This document shows, piece after piece, positions 1 to 12,718 of a DNA stretch of 64,000 nt. The stretch's first letter is position 1. Every line of letters begins with the position of its first letter. The notes beneath the pieces are model-generated. The model saw only the letters and a list, made by a program, of their open reading frames with translations. It did no database searches and was not told the origin of the DNA. The position numbers and the translations under genes were made by a program. Location: positions 41,850,001-41,914,000 of the forward strand of contig OX597815.1 of assembly GCA_951406725.2 (NCBI GenBank). The letters run 5' to 3'. The stretch is from Octopus vulgaris. Taxonomy: Eukaryota.

Positions 1-498
1 TTCAATTAACTTGCATTGTTTTGCCAATCTTTGGTAAACACAGAATAAAAGACTGTACATAATGAAAGATCAATCCATTTCAGGAAAAAAGGGGTTAACA
101 AGAACAGTCCAAACATTATTCCATCAGACAGATGAATTTACTTAGCAACACAAAAGAGAAACCGATTATCCTGAATTAAATACCAATTATACATTATTCT
201 AATAGTTACAGCTGACTGAATCAATACGGAACTGAGCTGCTAATCAAAGAACCCTTGATTCCATGTTGTGCTACTAGACACTGCACTGTGTAGACAGACT
301 AAGACATTAAGCTCTCAATTGGCTCAGCTGAGCTACTTGTAAATAGGTTACATGAGTAGGTACAGGTGATGGTTCTCATACAGAATCACACCACTGCTCA
401 CTTTTAAACATCAAATCTCTCAATCTCTGACTCCTGCTACAAACCATATTTTCACTTCAAACCATAGAAAATTTAACAGATGGCAGTAGAACATACAA

Positions 499-592
499 TA
501 TCATCATCATCATTTTCACATCCACTTTTCCATGCTTACATGGGTAAGCAGATTTTCTAAGTCTGGACGCTCTTCCTGTCAACAACCCTCAC
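499..592 (-). mobile_element. RTE-type 3' tail fragment
   Basis: Reverse complement resembles the RTE 3' end at 7975-8111 and ends in (GAT)n. Confidence 0.6.
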
Positions 593-649
593 TAGTTGGA
601 AAATATTGAAAATGAATGGCAGTGATTAGCATTTCCAATTATCCCAGGA

Positions 650-783
650 TGCCAAGACAAGGAAATACAAACACACACAAATACATACATATACAACAGG
701 CTTCTTTCAGTTTCCATCTACCAAATTCACCTCACAAGGCTTTGATCTGTCCAGAGTTAGAGCAGAAGACACTTGTCCAAAGA
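650..783 (-). mobile_element. SINE group A, partial
   Basis: Reverse complement matches the body of the copy at 920-1323 (gtgagtggatttggtagacggaaactgaaagaagcc). Confidence 0.75.
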
Positions 784-919
784 ACCAGATCCTACTGTAT
801 TAAAAAGAAATATTGCACAGAGCAGTCTTAGATAATATATTTTTTTTAAAAAGTGAAGGTGACCACATTTTAGGATTTAAGAGCAACGATAAAACTGGCA
901 GAATTCAAACTTAAAATTT

Positions 920-1323
920 GTGTAGTGGCTGTGTGGTAAGAAGCTTGCTTCCCAACCACATAGTTCCAGGTTCAGTCCCACTGCATGGCACCTTGGGCAA
1001 GTGTTTTCTACTATAGCCTCGGGCCAACCAAAGCCTTGTGAGTGGATTTGGTAGATGGAAACTGAAAGAAGCCTGCCATATATATGTGCGTGCGTGCGTG
1101 TGTGTGCGCGCACGTGTGTCTTTGTCACCCCACCATCACTTGACAACCGATGTTGGTGTGTTTATGTCCTGGTAACTTAGCAATTCGGTAAAAGAGAATG
1201 ATAGAATAAGTACTAGGTTTACAAAGAATAAGTCCTAAGGTTGATTTCTTCAATTAAAACTCTTTAAGGTGGTGCTCCAGCATGGTTGCAGTCAAATGAC
1301 TGAAACAAGTAAAAAAATAAAAG
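920..1323 (+). mobile_element. tRNA-derived SINE group A (CORE-like body, internal microsatellite), CpG-decayed copy
   Basis: A-box-like tggctgtgtgg and B-box-like ggttcagtccc, CORE-like ccttgggcaagtg, internal (GT)n, tail gactgaaacaagtaaaa; more than 12 copies in the window. Confidence 0.9.
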
Positions 1324-1324
1324 A

Positions 1325-1369
<45 letters not shown>

Positions 1370-1620
1370 TATATTATTACAAAATTTGGGATTTTACCAA
1401 TAGAACCGCAACTCCTATTTCAGGATAACCTTATTGTATGGAATACACATAGAAAGTTACATCCAAAAAGCAATTAAAATAACCTACTATAAAATACAAT
1501 AAAATTAGTTGAAAAAATATATATCTTAACTGTTATTAGTCTGTGGGGAAAGAAGGTATTTCTAATCAACACTACACATGTATGTATATGTATATGTGCA
1601 TATATATATATATATATATA

Positions 1621-1921
1621 TCACTTGATCACGTGACCGACCAGACCATCAGATGTTGTTACACATCGCTGGTCACAATGCGTTCGCATTGTTTTAGCCT
1701 TCGAATGATGCCACCCCGCTGGCTAAGCGAGCAGGCCAACAGAAGATTGGAAGAAAAGGTGGTGAAGGAGTACAGCAGGGATCACCACCCCCTGCCGGAG
1801 CCTCGTGGAGCTTTTAGGTGTTTTCGCTCAATAAACACTCACAACGCCCGGTCTGGGAATCGAAACCGCGATCCTGCGACCGCGAGTCCGCTGCCCTAAC
1901 CACTAGGCCATTGCACCTCCA
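1621..1921 (-). mobile_element. tRNA-derived SINE group C, tail type 1 (resembles octopus OR-type SINEs)
   Basis: Head and body near-identical to 45433-45595 but with a different 3' half; sits between (TA)n tracts. Confidence 0.85.
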
Positions 1922-2401
1922 CACATATATATATATATAATAGTCAAATCTTCTCAAGCTGGTAAGACTGACATGAATGGAAGATTGTGCAAGAATAAGA
2001 GACAAGGGGAGAGGGATGAAGAGAGAAAAAAGTGACACATGGTTGGGTAAGTTATAAGAGTGTGGAGCAAATATAGTGACTGGGAAGAAAGAGAGATATA
2101 TGGAGGTGGAGGAGATAATTGAGTGCTCAGGGAGTGGTCAATGTAAAATATGGGTGGAAAGGATAATATTAAGAATGAGAAACAGACTAGGTAGTAAGAA
2201 AGATAAGTGGAATCAGGAAAAAGCTGGTGAAGTATGCAATTCTGCTTACATTTAATTACAGCAGCAGAATAGTGCCATCAGAGAGATGAATGATGATGGG
2301 AATGTCTTGGAGGAAACTAGGCATGAGGCCCAGTCATATACCTTGTACTTCCAGAAACATTTTTTTTTTTTTTTTTTGCTGAAGTGCATAGGTCTTCTAA
2401 A

Positions 2402-2767
2402 CCACTGGGCCATTGCGACTCGCGGTCGTAGGATCGCGGTTTCAATTCCCAGACCAGGCGTTGTGAGCGTTTATTTAGCGAAAATACCTAAAGCTCCACG
2501 AGGCTCCGGCAGGGATGGTGGCGATCCCTGCTGTACTCTTTCACCACAACTTTCTCTCACTCTTACTTCCTGTTTCTGTTGTACCTGTATTTCAAAGGGC
2601 CGGCCTTGTCACTCTCTGTGTCACGCTGAATATCCCCGAGAACTACGTTAAGGGTACACGTGTCTGTGGAGTGCTCAGCCACTTACACGTTAATTTCACG
2701 AGCAGGCTGTTCCATTGATCGAATCAACCGGAACCCTCGTCGTCGTAACTGACGGAGTGCTTCCATC
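2402..2767 (+). mobile_element. SINE group C, tail type 2, with inverted 5' end
   Basis: Near-identical to 45431-45814; 12-bp TSD aggtcttctaaa at 2390-2401 and 2768-2779. Confidence 0.92.
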
Positions 2768-2779
2768 AGGTCTTCTAAA

Positions 2780-3170
2780 GAATCACACACCACCTGTCAT
2801 ACAAGCTCTTTGTTCTCTCCTCTGAGAGGTTCAAGGTCCTGAGATCAGCCTTCACCCTGTCATCTCATGTCTTCTTGGGTCACCCTCTGTTGCAAGCTCT
2901 ATTCACATTAAGTGACTGGCATTTCTTTATTCAGATATCCTCATCCGTATACATCACATGTTCATACCAGTGCAGTTCTACATTCTTGCACACTACGTCT
3001 GATTTCTCTTATATCCGGTTTTTCTCTCAATGCATTTGTACTTTGTCACTCATGCACACTTACGTTGCACATCCAACAGAGCGTGTTTGCTTCCTTTCTT
3101 TCCAGTCTTCTTGAGTTGTCTGCATTGAAGACCCATATGTCACTATCATACAACATTACAGTTCTAAAGT
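2780..3170 (-). mobile_element. Decayed RTE LINE 3' coding remnant
   Basis: Reverse complement parallels the C-terminal RTE region at 7220-7570 (ET-W..RRLER.E, WY.HV, GRP.KT motifs, degenerate). Confidence 0.75.
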
Positions 3171-3817
3171 CAATTTAATAAATTCTTTATTATATTCAAA
3201 AATATTTTAAACAAATGAAGTGTATTTCAACAGAAACAGGGTAATGAAAAGGTTAAAATAGAAGTCAAATTAACTCTGAATCACATCCTATAATCCTTAG
3301 AAAAGGAAGTCCATACTAAATAATGTAGTTATAGCTACACTATCTGAAGGGGAAAATCAGATAATCACAGCTGGACTGTTTTGATCAAAGAGCTACTCAA
3401 TCAGAGTGTACTTTAAGTTAAACAGCCCAATGGTGAGATATAAATCTAGATACCCTGAAAAAATTCATTCATAGATTTTTCTAACCCCATTATTTACACT
3501 TGCCCTTTAAGCACAATATTAATTGCACTCTCCGTTAAATGACCTACTTTTATTCTGCAGGAAAGCCTAAATAGGTTTAGAATGAAAATCAAATACAAAT
3601 GTCAAATGACAGTTCATGTATTTGAGGGCAAAAGGAAACAGCAAATTCTTCCTTTAGCTATAGAGGATGAGTGATTGAATGACACAAAAGGCTTCTAAAC
3701 ATCAACAAAATAGCTGATGGAAAATACATCATAGGTACATTCTGCATAATAAATAGAAGTATTATAGGGTCTAACATGTGTAATATAGTGACTTGAAAAA
3801 CTCCTATTAACTGACAA

Positions 3818-4255
3818 GTGTGGCTGCATGGTAAGAAACTTGCTTCCCAACCACATGGTTTTGGGTTCAGTCCCACAGCGTGACACCTTGGGCAAATGTC
3901 TTTTACTATAGTACCAGACTATGTGAGTGACTTTGATGGACAGAAACTGAAAAAAGCCTATCATATGTACATACATGTGTGTGTATGTGTGGTTATGAAT
4001 GCATATGTAAGTGTGTCCATGTGTTATTGTTTCCTTGTCAGGACTTCATATGATAGTTGTTAAACAAGCATCATTGTCATACAAGTGGTTTCTCTCACAA
4101 ACTTCTGTGAAAACAAGTCTGACCATAGGGAAATATTACCTTAGTTGGCAACAAGAAGGGCATCTGGCCATTGATAATTTGCCTCAATAAATTCTCTGTG
4201 ACCTATGTGAGTATGGATAAGTGAAAAGTAAAACAATGATGATGGTGATGATGAA
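3818..4255 (+). mobile_element. SINE group A head with RTE-like (GAT)n tail
   Basis: 3818-3965 matches the group A head; 4150-4255 resembles the RTE 3' end rather than the group A tail. Confidence 0.6.
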
Positions 4256-5065
4256 ATTATCTAAGCAATTGGAAAGCAAAATCTCCCTCAGAAAGATTTC
4301 TTAAGGTGGCTACTGCAGGATATCTAAATATATACAGTCCCACATATGTAATATTCAGTAAGTTGGAAACTTCACTGAATTTACATTGACTTAATTTTTC
4401 ATAAATTTCAATTATCTGAAATAGTTGGAGTTGTTTCCCTTACTTGCAGGGATTTTTCTCTTAATTGCAAGGATAATCTCAGTTAATTTTAGTCTATCAA
4501 ATTTACTATGTTATATATTTGAGAAATACTGAAACAAATGAGTTCAATATGCAAGTAACAAGAGAAACAAATGGAAAACAGGACAAGTAATATAAAGATG
4601 ACCCTTCATCACTTGTCAGCTGCCTATCTACTCCTCATTCTGAGTATTGAACAACAATATGAGTCTTTGAAGGTAACTGCTCCCACAAATACCTAAATAA
4701 AATATGGGATTTATGGAGGATCAAAGTGGGGAGCAAAAACAGGAGAGTGGAGACATACAAGGAAACTGAACAAAAACAAACATGGACGGTCATTAGACCT
4801 GAACGAGGGTAAAATAGCGAACGCATGGAAAGTAACTTTTATAGTATTTTCCCCTGCCCATACATCAACACGAAATGACACATGGTAGTATTAGTCTTTT
4901 ACACATACACACACACAGTGTAGGTGTTCTAACAGCCTCAGTCATATTTAATAACAATTATTATTTTCCTCTTTGGTGAAACTCTGATAAGTAGCTGCCT
5001 CATTTAATTATTTATATATATCATCATCGTTTAACGTCCGTTTTCCATGCTAGCATTGGTTGGAC

Positions 5066-5101
<36 letters not shown>

Positions 5102-5195
5102 GGAGTAAACACATAAATGTGAAACAAGGTGGAAAAAAGAGTACTCAAATACCAGGGGTAGAGTAATATGCTTTATTTAAAAGCAGCAGAAATTC

Positions 5196-5249
5196 AACAA
5201 AACCTGTTACTCTGAGTTTCACGTTCCCGTTCGTCGGACAGTTTTTGTT
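5196..5249 (-). ncRNA. Type I minimal hammerhead ribozyme motif
   Basis: Minus strand reads AACAAAAACUGU-CCGACGA-ACG(GGAA)CGU-GAAA-CUC(A)GAG-UA-ACAGGUUUUGUU; stem I pairs 11 of 12; inside a ~160-bp repeat (5100-5258) flanked by (TA)n. Confidence 0.75.
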
Positions 5250-5256
5250 AAATAAA

Positions 5257-5295
<39 letters not shown>

Positions 5296-5319
5296 CATAA
5301 ATACATACACACACACACA

Positions 5320-8111
5320 GACCCTCCCTGGTGAAGAATGTACCCCCCAACATAGACTAGTTGTTAGTGACTTTAGACTCGAGGCCAGAAGGATGCCAAA
5401 AAGCAGACCAATCTGGAAAAGAAGGACTTGGAAGCTTAAGAACCCTTTGCACAGTCAGAGATTTAGGAATATCCTTACCGAGAAATTTGATGATAGGGAA
5501 GAAGAGTTACAGTCTTGTGACATAGAAGGCAGCTGGGAATTCCTGTGGGACAGCTTGCTGAGTGCCACAGACCAAATCTGTGGCTGGTGCAAAGTCCCTT
5601 CCACACCTAGGGTAACATGGTGGTGAAACAATACTGTAGACAGGGCCATTAGAACAAAGAAACAGACTTGAAAGGCCTGGAAGAGTGGGGGTTGCAAGAG
5701 AATGTATCAGATAGCCAAAAGGAAAGCTAGGAGATGGTTATATACAGCCAAGGGAGTAGCAGAAAAGAAGTTTGCCTATGCTCAGCGATGTGAGGACCAA
5801 AGAACTGAAGTATTTCAGATTGCAAGACAGTGTGTGAAAGAAAACTGTGATGTCATAGGAGAGAAATGTGTCCACATGGATGATCGTGCCCTTGCGTTTA
5901 ATCATTCTGCAAAGAAAGACGCTTGGAGATGCCATTATAAAAGACTGCTGAATGTGGAGAATGAATGGGAGGAGGAGAATCTGCTAAAGGTTGACTCAAT
6001 TGAGGACCAGCTACCCAAATCGACAGTACCCTGGTAGATAAAGCAATTAAGGATATGAAGAAGGAATAATTGCTGAGATGCTTATTGGGTGGTGTGGGTT
6101 ATGGTCTAGTTGCCCGTATTGTAAATCAGGTAGTTCATAAAGGAGTCATACACAATGACTGAAGCAGCACCAGTCAACTGTTACAAGAGTAAAGGTGATG
6201 CTTTAGATAGAAATAACTATAGGGGTAACAAATTATTGGATCAGGTGATGAAAGTCACAGAGAGGGTCATAGCCCAACTAATTAGGGAGAGATGAGATGC
6301 TGTTTGGTTTTGTGCCAGGCAGAAGCACCACTGATGCTATATTTCTGGTAAGGCAACTGCAGGAGAAATATCTAGCCAAAGATAAACCACTGTGCTTGGC
6401 TTTTGTTGACTTGGAGAAAACCTTTGACAGGGTCCCCCATTCCCTTATCTGGTGGTCAATGCAGAAACTGGGGATAGATGAATGGTTGGTAAGAGCCGTA
6501 CAAGCCCTGTACAGGGATGCTATCAGTAAGGTGAGGGTTGGCAACGAGTAAAGTGAAGAATTCCAAGTAGAAGGGATCCACCAAAGATCAGTCCTCAGCC
6601 CCTTCTTATTCATTATAGTCCTCCAAGCAATAACAAAAGAATTCAGGACAGGCAGCCTCTAAGAGCTCCTCTATGCTGATGACCTTAATCTAAAAGCTGA
6701 GTCACTGCCAGAACTGGAGACGAAGTTTAGGGTGTGGAAGCTAGGTCTAGAATCAAAGGACCTTTGGGTTAACCTAGCAAAAACCAATCTTAGTAAGTAG
6801 GAAGATTGTCAAATCACAAACCCCTTCAGGTAGCTGGCCCTGCTCAATCTGTAGAAAAGGTGTGGGTACAAACTCCATACAATGTTCCTGATGTAAGCTG
6901 TGGACACAGAAAAGGTGCAGCAATACCAAAGGAAGGTTAACAGGGAAAATAGTTTTTGTGTATGGCAGATGCACAAGGGTAATAAACACTGAAGATGTAC
7001 AGAAAACAGATTCCATCACATGCCATGGGGAGAAACTAGAAGTAGTTAATTGCTACAACTACCTAGGCAACCAAGTCTGTAGTGAGGGTGGTTGCTTTGA
7101 GAGTGTAGCGGCTAGAATAAGAATAACCTGGGCAAAGTTCGGGGAGCTCCTACCTCTGCTGGCAACGAAGAGCCTCTCACTCAAGATGAAAGGCAGACTG
7201 TATGATGCATGCGTGCGAACTGCAATGTTACACGGCAGTGAAACATGGGCTGTGACTGCTGAGGACATGCGTAGGCTTGAAAGAAATGAAGCTAGTATGA
7301 TCCACTGGATGTGTAATGACAGAGTGTAAGCGCCCTCAGAGAAAAGTTGAGCATAAAAAGCATCAAATGTGGTATGCAAGAGAGATGACTGTGCTGGTAT
7401 GGTCATGTTATGCATTGATGAGGAAGAGCCACTCCCTAACTGTGGAAGGAACCCGTGCAAGAGGTAGGCCCAGGAAGACATGGGATGAGGTGGTGAAGCA
7501 TGACCTTCAAACATTGGGTCTCACAGAGGTAATGACAGCAGACCAAGAACTTTGGAGATATGCTGAGATTGAGAAGACTCAGCAACTAAAGTGAGATCAC
7601 AACCACGCATGTCCAGCCCAGTTAAGAGTGCCCCTAATGTGTCGGGCGATATGAAATGCTTAGGAAGACCTGTTGAGTCAAGTAAAACCAATATCATAGC
7701 TGTAGCCAGTGCCACCTGACTAACTCTCATGCTGGTGGCACATAAAAAGCACCATCCGAACATGGTCAATGTCAGGTCTGCGTGACTGGCTCCTGTGCCA
7801 GTGGCACGTAAAAAGCACCATCTGAACATTGCCGATGCAGTACCCACTGAGTGGCCCCCGTGCTGGTGACATGTAAAAAGCACTATCTGAACGTGTTCAA
7901 TGCCAGGCCCCACTGAGTGGCTCCTGTGCCGGTGGCACATAAAAGTACCCACTACACTCTTGGAGTGGTTGGCGTTAGGAAGAGCATCCAGGTGTAGAAA
8001 CACTGCGAGATCAGATTGGAGCCTGGTGCAGCCGATGGCTCCCCAAACCTCAGTCAAACCGTCCAACTCATGCCAGCATGAAAAACGGCCATTAAACGAT
8101 GATGATGATGA
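5320..8111 (+). mobile_element. 5'-truncated, decayed RTE-clade LINE
   Basis: Fragmented ORFs with RT motifs FGFVPGRSTTDAIF, AFVDLEKTFDRVP, LLYADDL, a Cys-rich insert, MLHGSETWA, GRPRKTW; stops and frameshifts; (GAT)n tail at ~8098-8111. Confidence 0.95.
7705..7955 (+). repeat. Degenerate ~60-70 bp tandem repeat in the RTE 3' UTR
   Basis: Four copies of the core gtgccggtggcacgtaaaaagcacc. Confidence 0.8.
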
Positions 8112-8504
8112 TACATACACACACACATATGCATGTATATACATAAATAAGACACAAGTATGTTTGTGTGAAAAGTTTGTTTCCCAACCACATGGTTCAG
8201 TCCTAATGTGTGACATCTTGGGCAAGTGTCTCAGTGTCTTCTACAATAGCATCCACGCTGACCAAAGCATTGTGAGTGAATTTGGTAGACCGATTGAAAC
8301 TTTGCATGCCTTTATTTCATTGGTTATATAATTTTCAATATTCGGTAATATATGACATCAAACTATAAATGCATCTCATAAGTGCAACATGCACAATCAA
8401 GCCAAATGCTTCCTCAGACAAACAAATGTATTTTTAGTCTGACTAAGGAATATATAGAATATAGTGAGTGCGTGTGTGTGTGTGTGTGTGTGTGAGACTA
8501 AATA

Positions 8505-8643
8505 TCAACAGAAGGGCAACCAGCCATAGAAACCATGCTAGAACAGACAACGGAGCTGAGTGTGCCTCTTGGCCTTACCAGCCCTGATCAAACCGTCCAC
8601 TCCATGCCAGCATGGAAAACGGACGTTAGACGATGATGATGAT
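8505..8643 (+). mobile_element. RTE 3' tail fragment
   Basis: tcaaaccgtcca...catgccagcatggaaaacggacgttagacgatgatgatgat matches 8050-8111. Confidence 0.8.
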
Positions 8644-10227
8644 ATCTATACTTCTTACAAGAGGTTTAAAAGAATGTTCTTAATTGCAGTTCATACACAG
8701 AGAATGAGTATTCAGTTTGCTAACGGTTCTGCCAGCTTGCCGCTTTAACATCATGAAACAAACTCATAACAGATAAATCATAACATGTTAGAGTCATAAA
8801 CATGTAAATTTATGGAACTGAAAAAACGATTAACTGAAATTGTCTATGCAATTAGTAGATAAAATCTCCCTTTGGAACGTGCTTAAAATTGAAAAAGCAA
8901 AGGGGATAACTTCAATAAAATCACAAACAAGTACAAAATACTATATAATGGAAAAGCTCAATTTTTCTAATGCGCGGCGTGGGTACGGAATTATAGTGAA
9001 GGTACGTTTGCGCTGACCAATTTACACACCTGCAATAAAGACAACACTAGTAAGAACACGATCACTACAGGATGACCACATATGAAACAAGCCGACACAT
9101 TCACACACAAATAAATCCTATCTAATCCAAAACATTGTAACACAGACAAAAGCTCACAAAATCGGTATTTTTTCGTGAGAGAGAAAGAGAGAGAGAGATA
9201 AATGGATTGATATGTCAGATACATACATAGGAAGACATATTCGTATATGTGTATGTGCATAATGAAATGCAAGCATAAATCTCTTATATTTACACACAAA
9301 AAAACTGATTAAAGCATGAAAAATATGAAATGAATTTTACTTCTTAATTTCTAAGTTAGGCACACACGGTCGCATTTTATTTATTTTATTCTTTCTTTCG
9401 GCCGAAATATAACCGAAATAATACCCTCAAGTGCCTAATTGGCACTGATTACATCGATCACGACAGATTTTAACTTTGAAATTCAGCGTGAGATAAGGTT
9501 TTTCCGCCAATAATTTCTAACGTGAATGTATGAACCAACATAAGAAGGAAGCTCTTAATATATTTGCTTGACGTTCTGGAACTAACAGCCAATTAACTCT
9601 CAAATCACACCCAATTTTCTTGAATATATGATTCATTGTTTCTGAAAACTAAACATAGCTTTTAAAAGACTAACTTGATGCTAAACAATAACAAAGTATA
9701 TATAATTAGTAAAGAAAAATGGTAAAAGGAAGGCTGTACTATATTATTTATACTTTTAATTTCACTTCCTTAATAAAAATTTGAAATATAAAAGAAAAAA
9801 AATCACTAAAAGTCACTAAAATAGAGCGTTTGTAGATTGGTACATAAAAAGGACGATTTGTAATTAACAACAAACAAACAAAAATTAATCTGAGAACGTA
9901 CCCATAGTCGATTACTGACTGTCCACTGTACCTACTCTCTTTCTCTCGTCTTCTCTCTATCAGATTTAGCTCAGGTACCAGCTACTCTTCAACTAACTAG
10001 TATCTTCGTTGTAATGAATGGCTCGCTTGTATTGTTTGGGACCTGCCGCTGAAAGTTATTCCCTTCCTTATTACAATACACAGCTTCAGTAGTCAGTGCA
10101 TCAACAAATACACGACTTGTCTGACAGCTGTGACAAATGCCTCATCGTAAGCTCAATAAAGTCGTTATCTATTTTATCTATACAATATACATAAACATGC
10201 ACATGTGCATGCATATGTGTGTGTGTC

Positions 10228-10412
10228 TTGACTTGTTTCAGTCATTGAACTGCGGCCTTGACGGGTTTTAGTCGAACAAATGCCCCCCTCCCCAAGTGCT
10301 TATTTGATAGTCTGGTACTTATATTAATAGGTCTCTTTTGCCGAACTGTTAAGTTACGGGAACACAAACAAACCAGCACTGGTTGTCAATCGGGAAAAGG
10401 TGACAAAGACAT
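10228..10412 (-). mobile_element. SINE group A, 3' half
   Basis: Reverse complement of the group A tail (acttgtttcagtcatt). Confidence 0.75.
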
Positions 10413-10416
10413 ACAC

Positions 10417-10450
<34 letters not shown>

Positions 10451-10510
10451 GCACGTGATATGCATACATTCCTACCTACATATCTACCAACCCACCCTCA
10501 TACATACATA

Positions 10511-11369
10511 TGAGGTTTGATCAATAAGTATTCGAACGGTTGCCATAATAACGAAGCTAAAGCTTGCTGAATGAAGCCGCTCGGCAAAGATTGATCTTGA
10601 ACCCTTCTGTGCATGCGCACTAAGTTTTAACGTTCTGGCTCACTTCCGCTGTTTACAGCAGTGTTTGGAAGGAAGGTGTGTAGCGTGTGGTCGTTGCATT
10701 GGCCATGACAGAGAAAGTTGCTCAGAGGCCTACGCAAAGTTGCAGAAAGTGTATGGAGAGGAGTGTATGAGCTGAACACAAGTCTACGAGTGGTTCAGAC
10801 GTTTCCAAAATGGCCGAAAAAAATGTTGATACTGACGAACGTTCTGGGAGACCCGCAACCAGCAGAACTGAGAAAAACATCGCAGATGTGTGGGAAAATC
10901 ATCAAATCACCATCCGTGAGTTACCAGAGGACGTGCAGATTAGTTACGGTTCAGCTCAGTCCATCATCACTGAAGATTTGAGTATGAGACGCGTGTCTGC
11001 CACGTTTGGGCCAAAACTGCTTTCGGCTGACCAAAAGGACACTCGGGTTTCAGTTGCACAAGATCTTGATTGTGTCAAGAACTATGAAAACTTTTTGAAA
11101 ACTGCGTAGGCCTCTGAGCAGGTATCGCCAAGCTTTTGGCAAAATTTGATGTAGATTTTCTGCTGAACTTTCTCTGTTGTGGTCAATCCGACGATCACAA
11201 GCTACACACCTTCCGTCCAAGCCGTAAACAGCGGAAGTGAACTAGACCGTTAAAACTTAGTGCGCATGCACAGCAGAGTTCAAGGTCAATCTGTGCCAAG
11301 CGGCCTTCCTCTGCGTGCCTTAACTTCGATATTATAGCAACAGTCCGGGTATTTATTGATCAGATCATG
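10511..11369 (+). mobile_element. Mariner-derived foldback non-autonomous element retaining the N-terminal transposase region
   Basis: TA at both ends; 200-270 bp inverted arms; broken reading AYAKLQKVYGEECMS*TQVYEWFRRFQNG / VDTDERSGRPATS / MRRVSATFGPKLLS, typical of the mariner HTH and WVPHEL-like linker; no DD34D domain. Confidence 0.9.
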
Positions 11370-12360
11370 TACATACATACACACGTGTGTATGTGTGTGC
11401 ATGTATGTCTTACCTAATACATCACAGATTAAAAGCCGAAATAATTCAAAGTAAAAATGTAAACAAACACTCATTGAATATCGGTATGTATTTAATCGCG
11501 TGTGTGTAAAATACGTTCGACATAATTCTTCTGGAAACATTTCAGAAAATAATTATTTCATGTTCTTTTGAGTTTTCTAAATTCTTGTTTCATTACTTTA
11601 CGTAACCTGAAATATAATAATTGTACATCGTAATGTCTAACTGATTTAATGAGTCCTGTGAAAACGTTTTATTTGTCTAATTGTTGCCAGGTAATTTATT
11701 TCAGTATTTATAACCGATTCAGTGCCGTTTGTTTCATTTTGACATTTCGATCGTGAATTCGATTTTCCCGGACCAACGGTGCATGGTGTTCTTAAACCAA
11801 AACACTTCATTTCACGCTGCTCTGGGATCATTTCGACATCTGACATCATGTATCTGTACAGACAATGCTGATTTGATGGAGAGAGTAAGCTAATGTACAA
11901 GCACAAACATTTGATTACTGTAAACAAATTGTTTGTACAGAAATCCAGAAATTGTAAGAGCCCTCATCTGTTGTATACACACATGCTTCATAACTGCCGC
12001 TATAACTATTATTACAAGAATAAAATATCCTGACTGACTAACCTCTAATTCATACGACATCAATGACAAATAAAGAACAAGCGATATGCTAGGTGTGTGA
12101 AACATATCAAACAAGGCAATGACCTTAAAGAAATAAAGAACATGCACACTCACCCACACACATATATATGCCTGTATATTTCTATATGTGTGCACACACA
12201 CACATAATTATCAGCTAAGTCAAAAAACGAGCACTTTCAATATGAGTAATAGACCAGTTATACTTTTATATATATCGGATATAGGCGAGTAAGTTTATTA
12301 CTGGTTATGGTATATAATTAGACTCTTCAGGCCGGGAGCACATAGCCTCTTATATGCTGG

Positions 12361-12411
<51 letters not shown>

Positions 12412-12442
12412 TTTACTTGACGTATTGTCTCTTAGACGACTC

Positions 12443-12718
12443 ACTTTGTGTAGGCCTCTGAGTAGGTATCACCAAGCTTTTGGCAAAATTTGATGCAGAT
12501 TCTCTGCCCAACTTTCTCTGTCGTGGTCAATGTGACGATCACACACTACACACCTTCCTTCCAAGCACTGCTGTAAACAGCGGAAGTGAGCTAGAACGTT
12601 ACAACTTCGTGCACACACACGGCTGCGTTCAATGTTAATTTGTACCAAGTGGCTTTCCTCTGCGTGCTTTAGCTTCGTTACTATGTCAACAGTCGGGATA
12701 CTTATTGATCAGACCATT
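12443..12718 (-). mobile_element. Solo arm of the same mariner family
   Basis: Highly similar to 11100-11369. Confidence 0.85.

Noticed and set aside
7521-8331. 234-aa and 143-aa ORFs
   Set aside because: Run through the RTE 3' UTR tandem repeats and microsatellites; no domain motifs.
9859-10191. Possible solo LTR (TG...AATAAA...CA)
   Set aside because: No matching 4-6 bp TSD and no second copy.
12300-12345. CUGAAGAGUC on the minus strand next to (TA)n
   Set aside because: No closing stem II or GAAA at a suitable distance.
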